From the sequence record OQ383623.1: a stretch of 64,000 bases of DNA; one strand, 5' to 3'. Both the position numbers and the translations under genes were made by a program. Below, piece after piece: positions 46,165 through 54,963 of the stretch. Under the pieces are notes generated by a model. The model searched no databases. It was given only the letters and a program-made list of their open reading frames with translations, and was not told the origin of the DNA. The stretch's first letter is position 1. Each line of letters starts with the position of its first letter.

Positions 46165-47065
46165 CTTTTACAGTAAGGGAACCGTTTACTTCGATTTCAG
46201 CAGCGGTCATGTCTGCTTCTTTAACGAAGATACCGTCCGCGTTCAGGAAACCCTTACGGTCTTTGATTTCGTCCCACGCCAGAGAGAAGCACTGTTCCAG
46301 AGTCATATCGTACGCATTAGCCAGCGCATTGGCGTATTCGACCATCTGTGCGAAGTGACATTCGATCATTACCGCGTCGCTGTTCTCGAAGTGTTTATAT
46401 TCGAGTTGCTTAGCTGAGTCGATGCCGGCTTGATCCCAGATGTAATCAACAGCTGCTGTGAGATGGAAACGCATTTTGTGGAACAGGTAATGACTGTTCC
46501 CGGCATGTGGGTTCTTTGAACGCGCTTCGTTGACATATGTGCCGATATCGGTCGAGTCAAACTTAATGAGTTCCATCAAGTTAACCAGCACGACCAGAGC
46601 ATCACCGATGCCGTCCATGATGTAACGGCGTTTGTTTTTACTGATACCGGTTGCCGCTTCACCGTCTTCTTCGTAGAGTTTGGTGGCTTGGCTATACCAG
46701 ACGCCGTTATCCAGAATACCACGCGCTTTAGACCAACCCATAACGTTAGTAATACATTGTGGGATGGTGTACAAAGGTACGTAACGCGGACGATCAACCG
46801 TACCACGATACTCGACACCTTCCAACGTCCACGGCATTTCGAAATCATTTATTTCCAAACTCTGGTCGCCTGTGAATACTTTACCTTCGACGTAAGTGTG
46901 ACCGGTTTCACTGTTCACGCACAGGGTGTACAGTTTCTCAAAGGACCACGGTTCAACAAATTGACGTTGGCAAAATCCAGCCAGAAGCTCATTAATCTGT
47001 GCCAGGTACTGGTTAGGTTCAACAATTACGTTGTACGGAATCTGGATAATGAAACGGTCGCCCAT
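46124..47065 (-). CDS. MazG-like nucleotide pyrophosphohydrolase with extra N-terminal domain
   Basis: KLYEEDGE, DGIGDALVVL and AWDEIKDRKG motifs. Confidence 0.8.
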   Translation of the reverse strand: MGDRFIIQIPYNVIVEPNQYLAQINELLAGFCQRQFVEPWSFEKLYTLCVNSETGHTYVEGKVFTGDQSLEINDFEMPWTLEGVEYRGTVDRPRYVPLYTIPQCITNVMGWSKARGILDNGVWYSQATKLYEEDGEAATGISKNKRRYIMDGIGDALVVLVNLMELIKFDSTDIGTYVNEARSKNPHAGNSHYLFHKMRFHLTAAVDYIWDQAGIDSAKQLEYKHFENSDAVMIECHFAQMVEYANALANAYDMTLEQCFSLAWDEIKDRKGFLNADGIFVKEADMTAAEIEVNGSLTVKDEAFTDGEETVHG

Positions 47066-47081
47066 TTTGATAGCTCCTTAA

Positions 47082-47121
47082 ACAAAAAAAATAACTAGGG
47101 TGTCCATATGGACACCCTAAT
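47082..47121 (-). terminator. Intrinsic terminator overlapped by a promoter
   Basis: TAGGGTGTCC-ATAT-GGACACCCTA followed by a T-run. Confidence 0.75.
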
Positions 47122-47132
47122 ACGTATTTTAA
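47105..47132 (-). promoter_or_regulatory. TAC-N15-TATG promoter for the MazG-like gene
   Basis: AAAATAC-GTATTAGGGTGTCCA-TATG. Confidence 0.5.
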
Positions 47133-47317
47133 ATCTTGCACGCACCACCGGTGCAGTTGTCGTCGTCTTTCGACGGGTCAACGCCACCTTCCACACCTGC
47201 GTCAGGGTCAAGTCCAGGGATAACCATCTCGTCATCCGGAGACATGTTTACATCCACACCTAACCCATCACGATGCACGAACGTTGTGGTTTGTCCACGA
47301 CCGAGTGTTCCAGTCAT
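47129..47317 (-). CDS. 62-aa acidic peptide resembling the NrdA C-terminal redox tail
   Basis: GAGG SD; ends DDNCTGGACKI-stop (E. coli NrdA ends DDGCESGACKI). Confidence 0.7.
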   Translation of the reverse strand: MTGTLGRGQTTTFVHRDGLGVDVNMSPDDEMVIPGLDPDAGVEGGVDPSKDDDNCTGGACKI

Positions 47318-47329
47318 ACTTTCCTCTAC

Positions 47330-47809
47330 TTAATTAATCAGGTGTATCACAACGTCTGGCGTTACTACGTCGACCAGACTGCGATAGATTTTATCGTAAC
47401 TGAACTTGTTGAAGAAGAAACCCGCTTCGTCGATAATAACCAAGCCGAATTTCTCGTAGCCGGATATGCCAGCACCAGTCGCACGTTTCCAACCCTCAGG
47501 CAAGTAGTTACAGTGCACGGTCAGCCATCCAATCCCGGCAGCCTTTTCATGGAACTTCTCCACCACTTCGCTCCGTAACGCTTCGTTATGAACCAGATAC
47601 AGAACGCTGCCGTGGAACTTTGCTGACATATCAACAGCGTGTGTTGTAACGCCTTTCTGACGACCAGCGCCATAGCGGATAGTGCGGAACTCGCTCAGTG
47701 CAATATGCGGTAAAAAGCCACAGCTACGGGCTTCATCGGAGTCCAGCTCGATAAGACCTTTGGACAGTTCTTTTACTACGGCACGATAATCGATCCGAGT
47801 TATAGACAT
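47330..47809 (-). CDS. Small degenerate P-loop NTPase-like protein
   Basis: AGRQKGVTT (Walker-A-like) and LVIIDEA (Walker B). Confidence 0.55.
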   Translation of the reverse strand: MSITRIDYRAVVKELSKGLIELDSDEARSCGFLPHIALSEFRTIRYGAGRQKGVTTHAVDMSAKFHGSVLYLVHNEALRSEVVEKFHEKAAGIGWLTVHCNYLPEGWKRATGAGISGYEKFGLVIIDEAGFFFNKFSYDKIYRSLVDVVTPDVVIHLIN

Positions 47810-47820
47810 CTGTTTTCACC

Positions 47821-48588
47821 TTATTTGTAATTAACCATATACGGCGAGCCCTGCTTAGTAAAGCCAACCGTCATCTTGCTCGCCTCTTCTTTTACCCATG
47901 CGGGTAATTCTTCACGGAATGCCGGGTTCAGGAACCAAATCTGCTCATAGCGCCCGTCAATCTTTTCAACAACACGTTCCCAACCTTCGACGTACGTCAA
48001 CGAGAACCATTTAAAACGCGCATGGCGTGCCCAGTAGTGGTATTCGATGGTTCGACCGACGTGAGTCAAGACATCAATCAGAACTTGGTAGAAGCTCGGC
48101 TTTCCGATGACATGGGTATACTCGAAGATAACAGACTCTTCGCCAGGGACGAAGTTATCTTCAAAATTCTTCTCCCCTGTTAAAGGTACCATTATCGTGT
48201 CGTTGTTGATACACAGCAACCAGTGCTTATTCGAAAATATCGGCGTGTCGCCTGAGAAACGAGCCCAGCGATAATTTTCAATCGCGACGCCAATCTGTGG
48301 CCGTAGTGTATCGACCACCTTCGCTATCGCTGCAGGGTCTATCGGCTCATAAACCAGACAAATCGCTTGCGCTTGCTCTCTTTCCTGCTCAGGCTCCGCA
48401 GGTCGTGGTCGCCGCCCCAGCATCAAAATCCCACTAAGATTAGTTTCCCCAATCTCAATGATTTCTATTTCGCTAGTAGGAAGCTGCCGTTTAGCGTCCT
48501 CCATATCGACGGCTCCTAATAACCCGTATTCGTAGTCGTCGAATTCCACCGTGTAAAATTCATCGGAGAACGCAAAGAGTTTCATCAT
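47821..48588 (-). CDS. Hypothetical protein
   Basis: 255-aa ORF. Confidence 0.7.
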   Translation of the reverse strand: MMKLFAFSDEFYTVEFDDYEYGLLGAVDMEDAKRQLPTSEIEIIEIGETNLSGILMLGRRPRPAEPEQEREQAQAICLVYEPIDPAAIAKVVDTLRPQIGVAIENYRWARFSGDTPIFSNKHWLLCINNDTIMVPLTGEKNFEDNFVPGEESVIFEYTHVIGKPSFYQVLIDVLTHVGRTIEYHYWARHARFKWFSLTYVEGWERVVEKIDGRYEQIWFLNPAFREELPAWVKEEASKMTVGFTKQGSPYMVNYK

Positions 48589-48589
48589 C

Positions 48590-48853
48590 TTATTTCTCCA
48601 TTGTTTTAAAGAGAACGTCTACGCTGTTACGGAGCATATTCAGTTCTTCTTCTTTCTTACGCAGCAGCATTTCAGGAGCGTTCTTTGCAAACTCTTTCAA
48701 TGCCATTTGGACGACATGCGAATCGGTTTCGTCTGGGAATAGGGCCTTTAATGCAACCCATTCTTCCGCCGTGAAAACGTCGCCTTTGCGAACATTACGC
48801 TGTTGTGGTAGTCGAATTGTTTTAGTGAGTCGGTCAGTCATAGCTCCACCCAA
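48590..48853 (-). CDS. Small hypothetical protein
   Basis: 87 aa, overlapping neighbouring genes. Confidence 0.55.
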   Translation of the reverse strand: MGGAMTDRLTKTIRLPQQRNVRKGDVFTAEEWVALKALFPDETDSHVVQMALKEFAKNAPEMLLRKKEEELNMLRNSVDVLFKTMEK

Positions 48854-49374
48854 ATCAGTTTAAAGGTATTACCTTCTAAGCCAGTCGGATGGATAATCAT
48901 CGCTTCGGTATAGATAGGCTCTTCTTCTGCAATACGGTGCTCAGCTGCTAAGCCTGAAAGGTGCATGTAGAGGTCTTCATCCATGTCCCCGTTAAAAGAC
49001 GAGGTCAGGATAAAGGGTGTGGACTCAGCGATTTGCAAAAGTGTTTCTTTGCTAATCTGCATTTCCATTGTCCGACGCCGTTCCATCCAACTGCCTTGTT
49101 CGTGGATATACGGGTCGGTATTAATGCGAACGACAGGTTCCGTAGACATACCCAGACCACGCGACATCATCTGGATAGCCAGAAGTGTCCACCATTCTTG
49201 TTCAGCTATAGGGAAACCGATAGCTTTCATCGTACCGTCTGGTTGTGGAACGTGCAATTGTCCACGATGTTCGTCTGGAAACTCGATGATCTTCTGTCCG
49301 TTGATAGGAATGAACGGTGGTTCGTCCGTGGCAACCACCGCTTTAGGCTTGAAGGGAACGACGTTGTCAGCCAT
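48838..49374 (-). CDS. Hypothetical protein
   Basis: 178 aa with AGGAG SD. Confidence 0.7.
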   Translation of the reverse strand: MADNVVPFKPKAVVATDEPPFIPINGQKIIEFPDEHRGQLHVPQPDGTMKAIGFPIAEQEWWTLLAIQMMSRGLGMSTEPVVRINTDPYIHEQGSWMERRRTMEMQISKETLLQIAESTPFILTSSFNGDMDEDLYMHLSGLAAEHRIAEEEPIYTEAMIIHPTGLEGNTFKLIWVEL

Positions 49375-49386
49375 AAACGCTCCTAA

Positions 49387-50430
49387 TTAGATAGCGACAG
49401 GTGCTTTAATTGGGTCGTGTGATACGTAATCCTGGATCTCAAAATCATCGAACTTATAATCGAAGATAGATTCCGGTTTACGTTTGATGACCAGTTTCGG
49501 CAAAGGTAAAGGTTCGCGCGTCAGCTGCAGCTTGGCCTGCTCCAGATGGTTGGAGTACAGATGCACGTCACCGCCGCTCCAAACGAAATCGCCTGGCACC
49601 ATGTTAACTTGCTGAGCTACCATGTGTACGAGTAATGCGTAAGACGCGATGTTGAACGGTACGCCGAGGAAAAAATCACACGATCTTTGATAAAGCTGGC
49701 ATGACAACGCGCGAGCAGGTATCTGGTGAGCCGTTAGCCACGCGTGTCTTTCCGCATCGGTTGCATTATTGCCAATAACAACATCGCGAAGATAAACGTC
49801 AGATAAAACGCGATGGTCATATCGTAATATACTCTGACGTTCTTCCAGAGACAGTTCATGAGTGTAGAACTGGAAGAAGGAGTGACACGGCGCTAAAGCC
49901 ATTTGGTCTAGCTCGCCCACATTCCAGGCGCTGACAATGATACGGCGATTATCTGGATCGTTACGCAACTGGTTTATTACAGTGGAGATTTGATCGTGGC
50001 TGTATTCCAAAAACGCTCCACGGGTTACCTGACCGTCGGTTAAAGTTCCAACTTCCTTATAGCCTTTGGCTTTCAGCAGCCCGATACGTTTAGGGTCATC
50101 AGCTACCCGCACGATTGTTTTCCACGCCCGCCATTGCTTACCGTATACCGGCCCGAGGTCGCCATTAGCGTCGGCCCATTCATCCCAAATTGTTACCCCG
50201 TTATCGTTCAGGTATTTGATGTTGGTATCGCCGCTAAGGAACCACAGAAGCTCGTGAATGATGGAGCGGAGGTGACATTTCTTAGTAGTAACTAATGGGA
50301 AGCCTTCTTGCAGGTTAAAGCGCATCTGGCGACCAAAGACAGAAAGTGTCCCTGTCCCAGTACGATCGCCTTTAACATGACCCTCGTCCAGAATATTCTG
50401 CATCATTTCAAGATACTGCTTCACAATCAT
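49387..50430 (-). CDS. thyA: Thymidylate synthase
   Basis: [24 protein letters not shown] (catalytic Cys), [22 protein letters not shown]; start ATG 50430 after GGAG. Confidence 0.97.
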   Translation of the reverse strand: MIVKQYLEMMQNILDEGHVKGDRTGTGTLSVFGRQMRFNLQEGFPLVTTKKCHLRSIIHELLWFLSGDTNIKYLNDNGVTIWDEWADANGDLGPVYGKQWRAWKTIVRVADDPKRIGLLKAKGYKEVGTLTDGQVTRGAFLEYSHDQISTVINQLRNDPDNRRIIVSAWNVGELDQMALAPCHSFFQFYTHELSLEERQSILRYDHRVLSDVYLRDVVIGNNATDAERHAWLTAHQIPARALSCQLYQRSCDFFLGVPFNIASYALLVHMVAQQVNMVPGDFVWSGGDVHLYSNHLEQAKLQLTREPLPLPKLVIKRKPESIFDYKFDDFEIQDYVSHDPIKAPVAI

Positions 50431-51296
50431 TCTCCTTTCAATAAATTCAAAATGTCTCTTAAATCGTCGTTCGCACAAATGTTTACGGCGTTACCATCGA
50501 ACTTAACATCAACGCGAGGGTTACGATTGAACAACATTTGTTTTCTTACTATCCACGGTTCAAAGTGCGCCTTGAGAAGCTCTTGCAGCTTTTCGTTCAT
50601 AATGTCCTCCATCCGCAGCAATAGCTGCGGCATGGCGACTTCACCGTTATGTTCGGTTTGTAAATCATTCGATGTGGCCAAAAGGCAGTTTACAATGATG
50701 TCGTGAACTGACTCGTTGGTTTTGTACACCGCCTGATAGGTTTGTTTCGCCAAATCGTCGTCGGATAACGGCAACGATGCTTTGAGCAGTTCTCCGAGCG
50801 TGCTTACTGTTTCGGGTGCCTTAACAAGTTTACGATGACCGTTAAAAACAACGCGGTCAAACTCCAGCCCGCAGCGACACGCTAACAATTGATACTGTCT
50901 CATCAATCTACGAAGCAGCGCGCTGTAACTCTTAGGGTCATGTTCTGGTTCTCGCAAAACAACACTAACAGCCTCGACCGCAATTGACATGAGTTGCTGC
51001 AGTTGTCCTTCTTTCGTACCAGTTGTAGTACGGACCGACAGCGCATCACTCAACGGAACGATGATATCGCCGAGGTTAGAATGTGGACCGAGGTGTAGTA
51101 GCGCAGCAAAAGTCCAAATCGATTCGCCGATACCGGCAGCCACCTTTAGGTTATCCAGTTCATCGACACCTGCCGAGATTCTGCCGAGTGTGACGTAATA
51201 CTTTACCAACTGACGCTCAGTCGCTTTCTGTTGGTAGATATCCGTCTTGCGAAACCACTCTTCGACCGTTTGAACTTGCTGAATGATACTAAGCAC
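50427..51296 (-). CDS. Hypothetical protein (likely GTG start 51296)
   Basis: GGAGGAGG SD; ATGA overlap with thyA. Confidence 0.65.
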   Translation of the reverse strand: MLSIIQQVQTVEEWFRKTDIYQQKATERQLVKYYVTLGRISAGVDELDNLKVAAGIGESIWTFAALLHLGPHSNLGDIIVPLSDALSVRTTTGTKEGQLQQLMSIAVEAVSVVLREPEHDPKSYSALLRRLMRQYQLLACRCGLEFDRVVFNGHRKLVKAPETVSTLGELLKASLPLSDDDLAKQTYQAVYKTNESVHDIIVNCLLATSNDLQTEHNGEVAMPQLLLRMEDIMNEKLQELLKAHFEPWIVRKQMLFNRNPRVDVKFDGNAVNICANDDLRDILNLLKGE

Positions 51297-51711
51297 AGAC
51301 TTCCTCCTCCTGATACGCGTAGCAGATTGCAAAGTTAAGCTGGCCGGTTGTGCGAGAAACGACAACGGCGATAGTCTGGTCTTCTACACCCGACATCGGT
51401 GTGCCCTGGTTAACCATCTGGCCTGCGGCTTTACTTACTGGACCCAACAAACGCCAGCTGTACAGACGGCTACGTAACGCGGCGTTTTGTAAGAAAGCGG
51501 AGCCACAATCATAGTCGACATTAAACGCTGCAAACATTGGACCACAGTCTGCCATCGTGCCGTTTAACGGCAGCTCGCTCGTTACCACAATCTTCACCGG
51601 CTTGTCTTTGAGACGCTGTGCTAACGCTTCCCAATTAGCATTATTAGTGCCAGCGACGATGGTGTTGTTCAGAAGTAAGCCAACGCCTTTTTCAAACGCG
51701 ATATTGTTCAT
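51289..51711 (-). CDS. Hypothetical protein
   Basis: 140 aa with GGAG SD. Confidence 0.7.
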   Translation of the reverse strand: MNNIAFEKGVGLLLNNTIVAGTNNANWEALAQRLKDKPVKIVVTSELPLNGTMADCGPMFAAFNVDYDCGSAFLQNAALRSRLYSWRLLGPVSKAAGQMVNQGTPMSGVEDQTIAVVVSRTTGQLNFAICYAYQEEEVCA

Positions 51712-51735
51712 TATAGTTCTCCATGAGGTCTTTTA

Positions 51736-51763
51736 CATACGTACAGCCGTGGCCGTAAATTAT
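51736..51763 (-). promoter_or_regulatory. TAC-N15-TATG promoter (thyA operon)
   Basis: ATAATTTAC-GGCCACGGCTGTACG-TATG. Confidence 0.6.
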
Positions 51764-52122
51764 CGAAGAATAAGAATTTGGCTACTGTCGTGCACATTGT
51801 ACGTATTCATCCTGGGCTTGCTAGGCGGGTTGAACCCCATCAATAATTCACTTAACACACGACCAGGTTGACCACTGAAGATAACCAGGTGCGTGGTGTC
51901 TTCACTGTCCCCAAGCCTAGAGAAAGCCACGCGTGGTGAGGCGGCTTGCGTGTAGAGCTGCAACAGTTGAAACTTACCTTCTGCGAAGGGAGCAAGTTTC
52001 TCTTTCCATTCGGTTCTAGACGCTTCGTCCAGTTCCAGCGTGCGTACACGTCTCCCGTCGCTATCTGCAACCCCACAAACAAACACGATTCCGTGACGAT
52101 TAAAGAAGAAGCCGATTTGCAT
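51760..52122 (-). CDS. Hypothetical protein
   Basis: 120 aa with AAGGAG SD. Confidence 0.65.
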   Translation of the reverse strand: MQIGFFFNRHGIVFVCGVADSDGRRVRTLELDEASRTEWKEKLAPFAEGKFQLLQLYTQAASPRVAFSRLGDSEDTTHLVIFSGQPGRVLSELLMGFNPPSKPRMNTYNVHDSSQILILR

Positions 52123-52139
52123 TTACATACTCCTTAGGA

Positions 52140-52175
52140 TAAAAAAATGAAGATACCCTCTCCCGAAGGAGAGGG
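52140..52175 (-). terminator. Intrinsic terminator, C(UUCG)G loop
   Basis: CCCTCTCC/GGAGAGGG stem plus T-run. Confidence 0.8.
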
Positions 52176-52181
52176 CACGAC

Positions 52182-52841
52182 TTAGATGCGGGTTTCATTA
52201 TCCCAGTAGTTCGAAATAACTAACTGGGACTCCGCATCCGATGGGTTGCCTGGAATAGCGTCTTCTACTGCAAACGGCAGCACGTCCTTAATAGACGTCA
52301 GCTCAAATCGCTCAACTTCCAGTTCGACTTTCACCCACTCGCCGAATGTCGTGGAGTCGCGCAGTTCGTTGACAAGGTCTTCGAAACCTGCTTGCGATTC
52401 GATAACTGGGTGACCTGCCAGTTTAAAGAACAAGTCGATATCCCAATGTTTCGCACCTTGCTCTGCCAGTTCACCTGGTTCGAGTTTGATACGACGCACG
52501 AGATGTGCAAGATTGCCGTCTTCGTAGAAGGTCAGACCCGAAGCAAACCCGATATCCGAGTTCTCTTCGATGCGACCATCAGATGCTTGTCGTTTTAACG
52601 TTAAGACTGCGGTTTTATCGGTGGATAACCGCACACGGCGTTTACCGTTAACGACTGGCATGATGATATCCAGGAACGTTTCACCTGTCTGACCAAACAG
52701 CCATTGCCAACCTTCTTCAGTGGGCTTAACCCACATGCAATACTCACGTTCCTTCTCCGTAGAGATGGACTCGCGCGCAACAGTAATGACTTCTTTTTCC
52801 TGCTGCTCGTCGAGGTTTTTGAGAATATCAAATAGTCCCAT
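52182..52841 (-). CDS. CYTH-like (triphosphate tunnel) domain protein
   Basis: EREY, RRVRL, VLTLK, IEEN, WDIDLF and VELEV motif pattern. Confidence 0.6.
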   Translation of the reverse strand: MGLFDILKNLDEQQEKEVITVARESISTEKEREYCMWVKPTEEGWQWLFGQTGETFLDIIMPVVNGKRRVRLSTDKTAVLTLKRQASDGRIEENSDIGFASGLTFYEDGNLAHLVRRIKLEPGELAEQGAKHWDIDLFFKLAGHPVIESQAGFEDLVNELRDSTTFGEWVKVELEVERFELTSIKDVLPFAVEDAIPGNPSDAESQLVISNYWDNETRI

Positions 52842-53679
52842 CGTCGATTCCTAGTTTCTTCAAAAGTTCGGTTCGATCAAACGTACTGTCTTCAGGATCG
52901 ATATGTTCGGCTATCATCTCGATCAGATTCGGTAGCCAGTCCCAGTGTGCTGGGAATATCTTACGTCCTTGCATCATGTAATAATGCTTAAGCGGAATAC
53001 GTGCTCGCAGAATCTCCGCAAACACATTACCTAACGACGTCCCGTCGACCGACAGTATAAAGAGCTTATTTACCAGCGCATGGATAAAACGGCTTTCTGT
53101 AACCGGAGTAAATGAACCGGGTTTATAGCTGGTTCCTCCGTAGATTTCCGCTTTCAGATTACGACCTAGCCGGATACAGTCAGTGCCATCCAACGCACGT
53201 AACTTCTCAATATCTGGCCAGGTGTTCACCGCTTGTCGCATGATATCAAATTCCATCACCAAGGTGCGGTTATCGATTTCACGCATTAAGTAATCCAAAA
53301 TACGCAGGTAGTGATAATAACCCTCGAGCGTCCGGAAAGGCCCGTGGGGGGTAACAAAATACTCACCAGGGCGAGCATAGAAGTTACTCGCCATCCGACC
53401 TATCTCAGTTCGCCCCTGCGAATAGATGTTGAAGTGATTCAGACCGTCTGTAGACGGCGTGATATCCACCAAGGTACTCTGGTAACCCATACGCAGTAAA
53501 TAGCGTACAAAGGCTTCCTTTTCTTCTGGTGGGAGGATGGGACGTAAAACAGGATACGTGGTTTCTGCCGAGGCGGGCAACGTAAACCCAAAAGCAGCCG
53601 CCAAAGCATCCACCGATGCACCATCGACGCGTAGACGTTCCAACGCACTACGCAAAAACTTACCTTCATCTTTCGACAT
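52828..53679 (-). CDS. NADAR-like protein (T4 gp30.3 type)
   Basis: FNIYSQGRTEIGRMASNF...FVTPHGPFRTLEGYYHYL. Confidence 0.65.
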   Translation of the reverse strand: MSKDEGKFLRSALERLRVDGASVDALAAAFGFTLPASAETTYPVLRPILPPEEKEAFVRYLLRMGYQSTLVDITPSTDGLNHFNIYSQGRTEIGRMASNFYARPGEYFVTPHGPFRTLEGYYHYLRILDYLMREIDNRTLVMEFDIMRQAVNTWPDIEKLRALDGTDCIRLGRNLKAEIYGGTSYKPGSFTPVTESRFIHALVNKLFILSVDGTSLGNVFAEILRARIPLKHYYMMQGRKIFPAHWDWLPNLIEMIAEHIDPEDSTFDRTELLKKLGIDDGTI

Positions 53680-53688
53680 AGAGGTACC

Positions 53689-54963
53689 TTACAAGGCGAA
53701 ATAGCTCTGCACCAGCGTACTGGCAGACTGATATTGGACACTACCACCGGCGATAACGTACGGACGTTTCTCGGTGGTCAGGAGTGCTTGAATCGCATTA
53801 CTGTTGGCGTACGTGTAAAGCTTAAGCTCAACCATTCCAGGATTCGTTTTAGAGATATCCCAGTTTGGATTAAGCGCATTAAACAACGTCAACAGTCGTT
53901 GGCCGTAGGTGCTGTAACCCACACCCGGCTCAACGTTAAGGTTCATCAGAAGATTCTGAATAACAGTATCTGCAATCTCAGCACCTTGACCTGGCTGTAG
54001 TTTAGGCAAGTAATACTCAACAGAATTGAGATTGCCAGCAGCTGCAGCCTGTATCATCAGTTCGCCGTACAACGCTTGTTGTGCAATAGGATCGGTGATA
54101 GCCTGAATCATCGGATCGATGCGATTCGGCAGACCGTATTGATTGAGCTTTGTGGACATACCGTATATCAACGCGGACGAGGTGTTGATATCCAGCGAGG
54201 AGAAATTCCCACTCCCGCCCGTAAAGCTATCAATGATCCCGTCGATAGACAAGAAGTCGTCCAGGTCCTTAAAGCTATCAAACGTGTGCGTAACATCGTC
54301 AATCAGTGCGGTGACTTGCCACTTGGCGCTATTGGCCATATCGACGTAGTTACCGATTTCACGCTGTACCTCACCAGGCAGTTTGGCAAGCTGTCCCGCG
54401 ATGTTCATCGTGGACTCCAGGCGAGCTTTCACCGACGCATAATCTGTCCCGACCGCGCTTAAAGCGCTATCGCGAAGATCAGTCAGTGTATCCCATCCCT
54501 TACTTAACAGACTACCTGCGCCACCCGGTGAGAGATAGCTCAGTGCAGTTTTCCCTTCCTGGTTTACCTTCTGAAAGGGTTCGGACACATCGCGCTTCTG
54601 TGGATCGATAACTGGCAGCGCTTCTTTCGTGTTGGAAGCAAAAGTAGGCACACGTTGAGGCGGCGATACTCCGGAAGCCGCTGAACCTGCTGCCTTTTTA
54701 CCACCAACCGTGACTTGGTCGCCACCCCCGAACACGTTACCAAATTTTTCACTTATCGTGTTGCCAATGTTGGAGATCTTGTCGAAAGTTTCCCCTGCTT
54801 TGGCGGTTACGTTATTGTACAAATTTTGAGCACTTTCAATACCGCGCTCGGCATTACCAATCGTTGACTGGACACGGTTTTGAACATCGTTAACTTTGTT
54901 CTCTATTGCGCCCGTTGTGCTGCTTATCTGGTTGGTAATCCCATCAAGATTGTTCAGTTTCAT
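53689..54963 (-). CDS. Probable virion structural protein
   Basis: 424 aa with a low-complexity N/Q/S/T-rich helical N-terminus. Confidence 0.55.
   Translation of the reverse strand: MKLNNLDGITNQISSTTGAIENKVNDVQNRVQSTIGNAERGIESAQNLYNNVTAKAGETFDKISNIGNTISEKFGNVFGGGDQVTVGGKKAAGSAASGVSPPQRVPTFASNTKEALPVIDPQKRDVSEPFQKVNQEGKTALSYLSPGGAGSLLSKGWDTLTDLRDSALSAVGTDYASVKARLESTMNIAGQLAKLPGEVQREIGNYVDMANSAKWQVTALIDDVTHTFDSFKDLDDFLSIDGIIDSFTGGSGNFSSLDINTSSALIYGMSTKLNQYGLPNRIDPMIQAITDPIAQQALYGELMIQAAAAGNLNSVEYYLPKLQPGQGAEIADTVIQNLLMNLNVEPGVGYSTYGQRLLTLFNALNPNWDISKTNPGMVELKLYTYANSNAIQALLTTEKRPYVIAGGSVQYQSASTLVQSYFAL

Noticed and set aside
50431-50478. N-terminal extension of ThyA
   Set aside because: It overlaps the upstream gene; the GGAG SD and ATGA coupling support ATG 50430.
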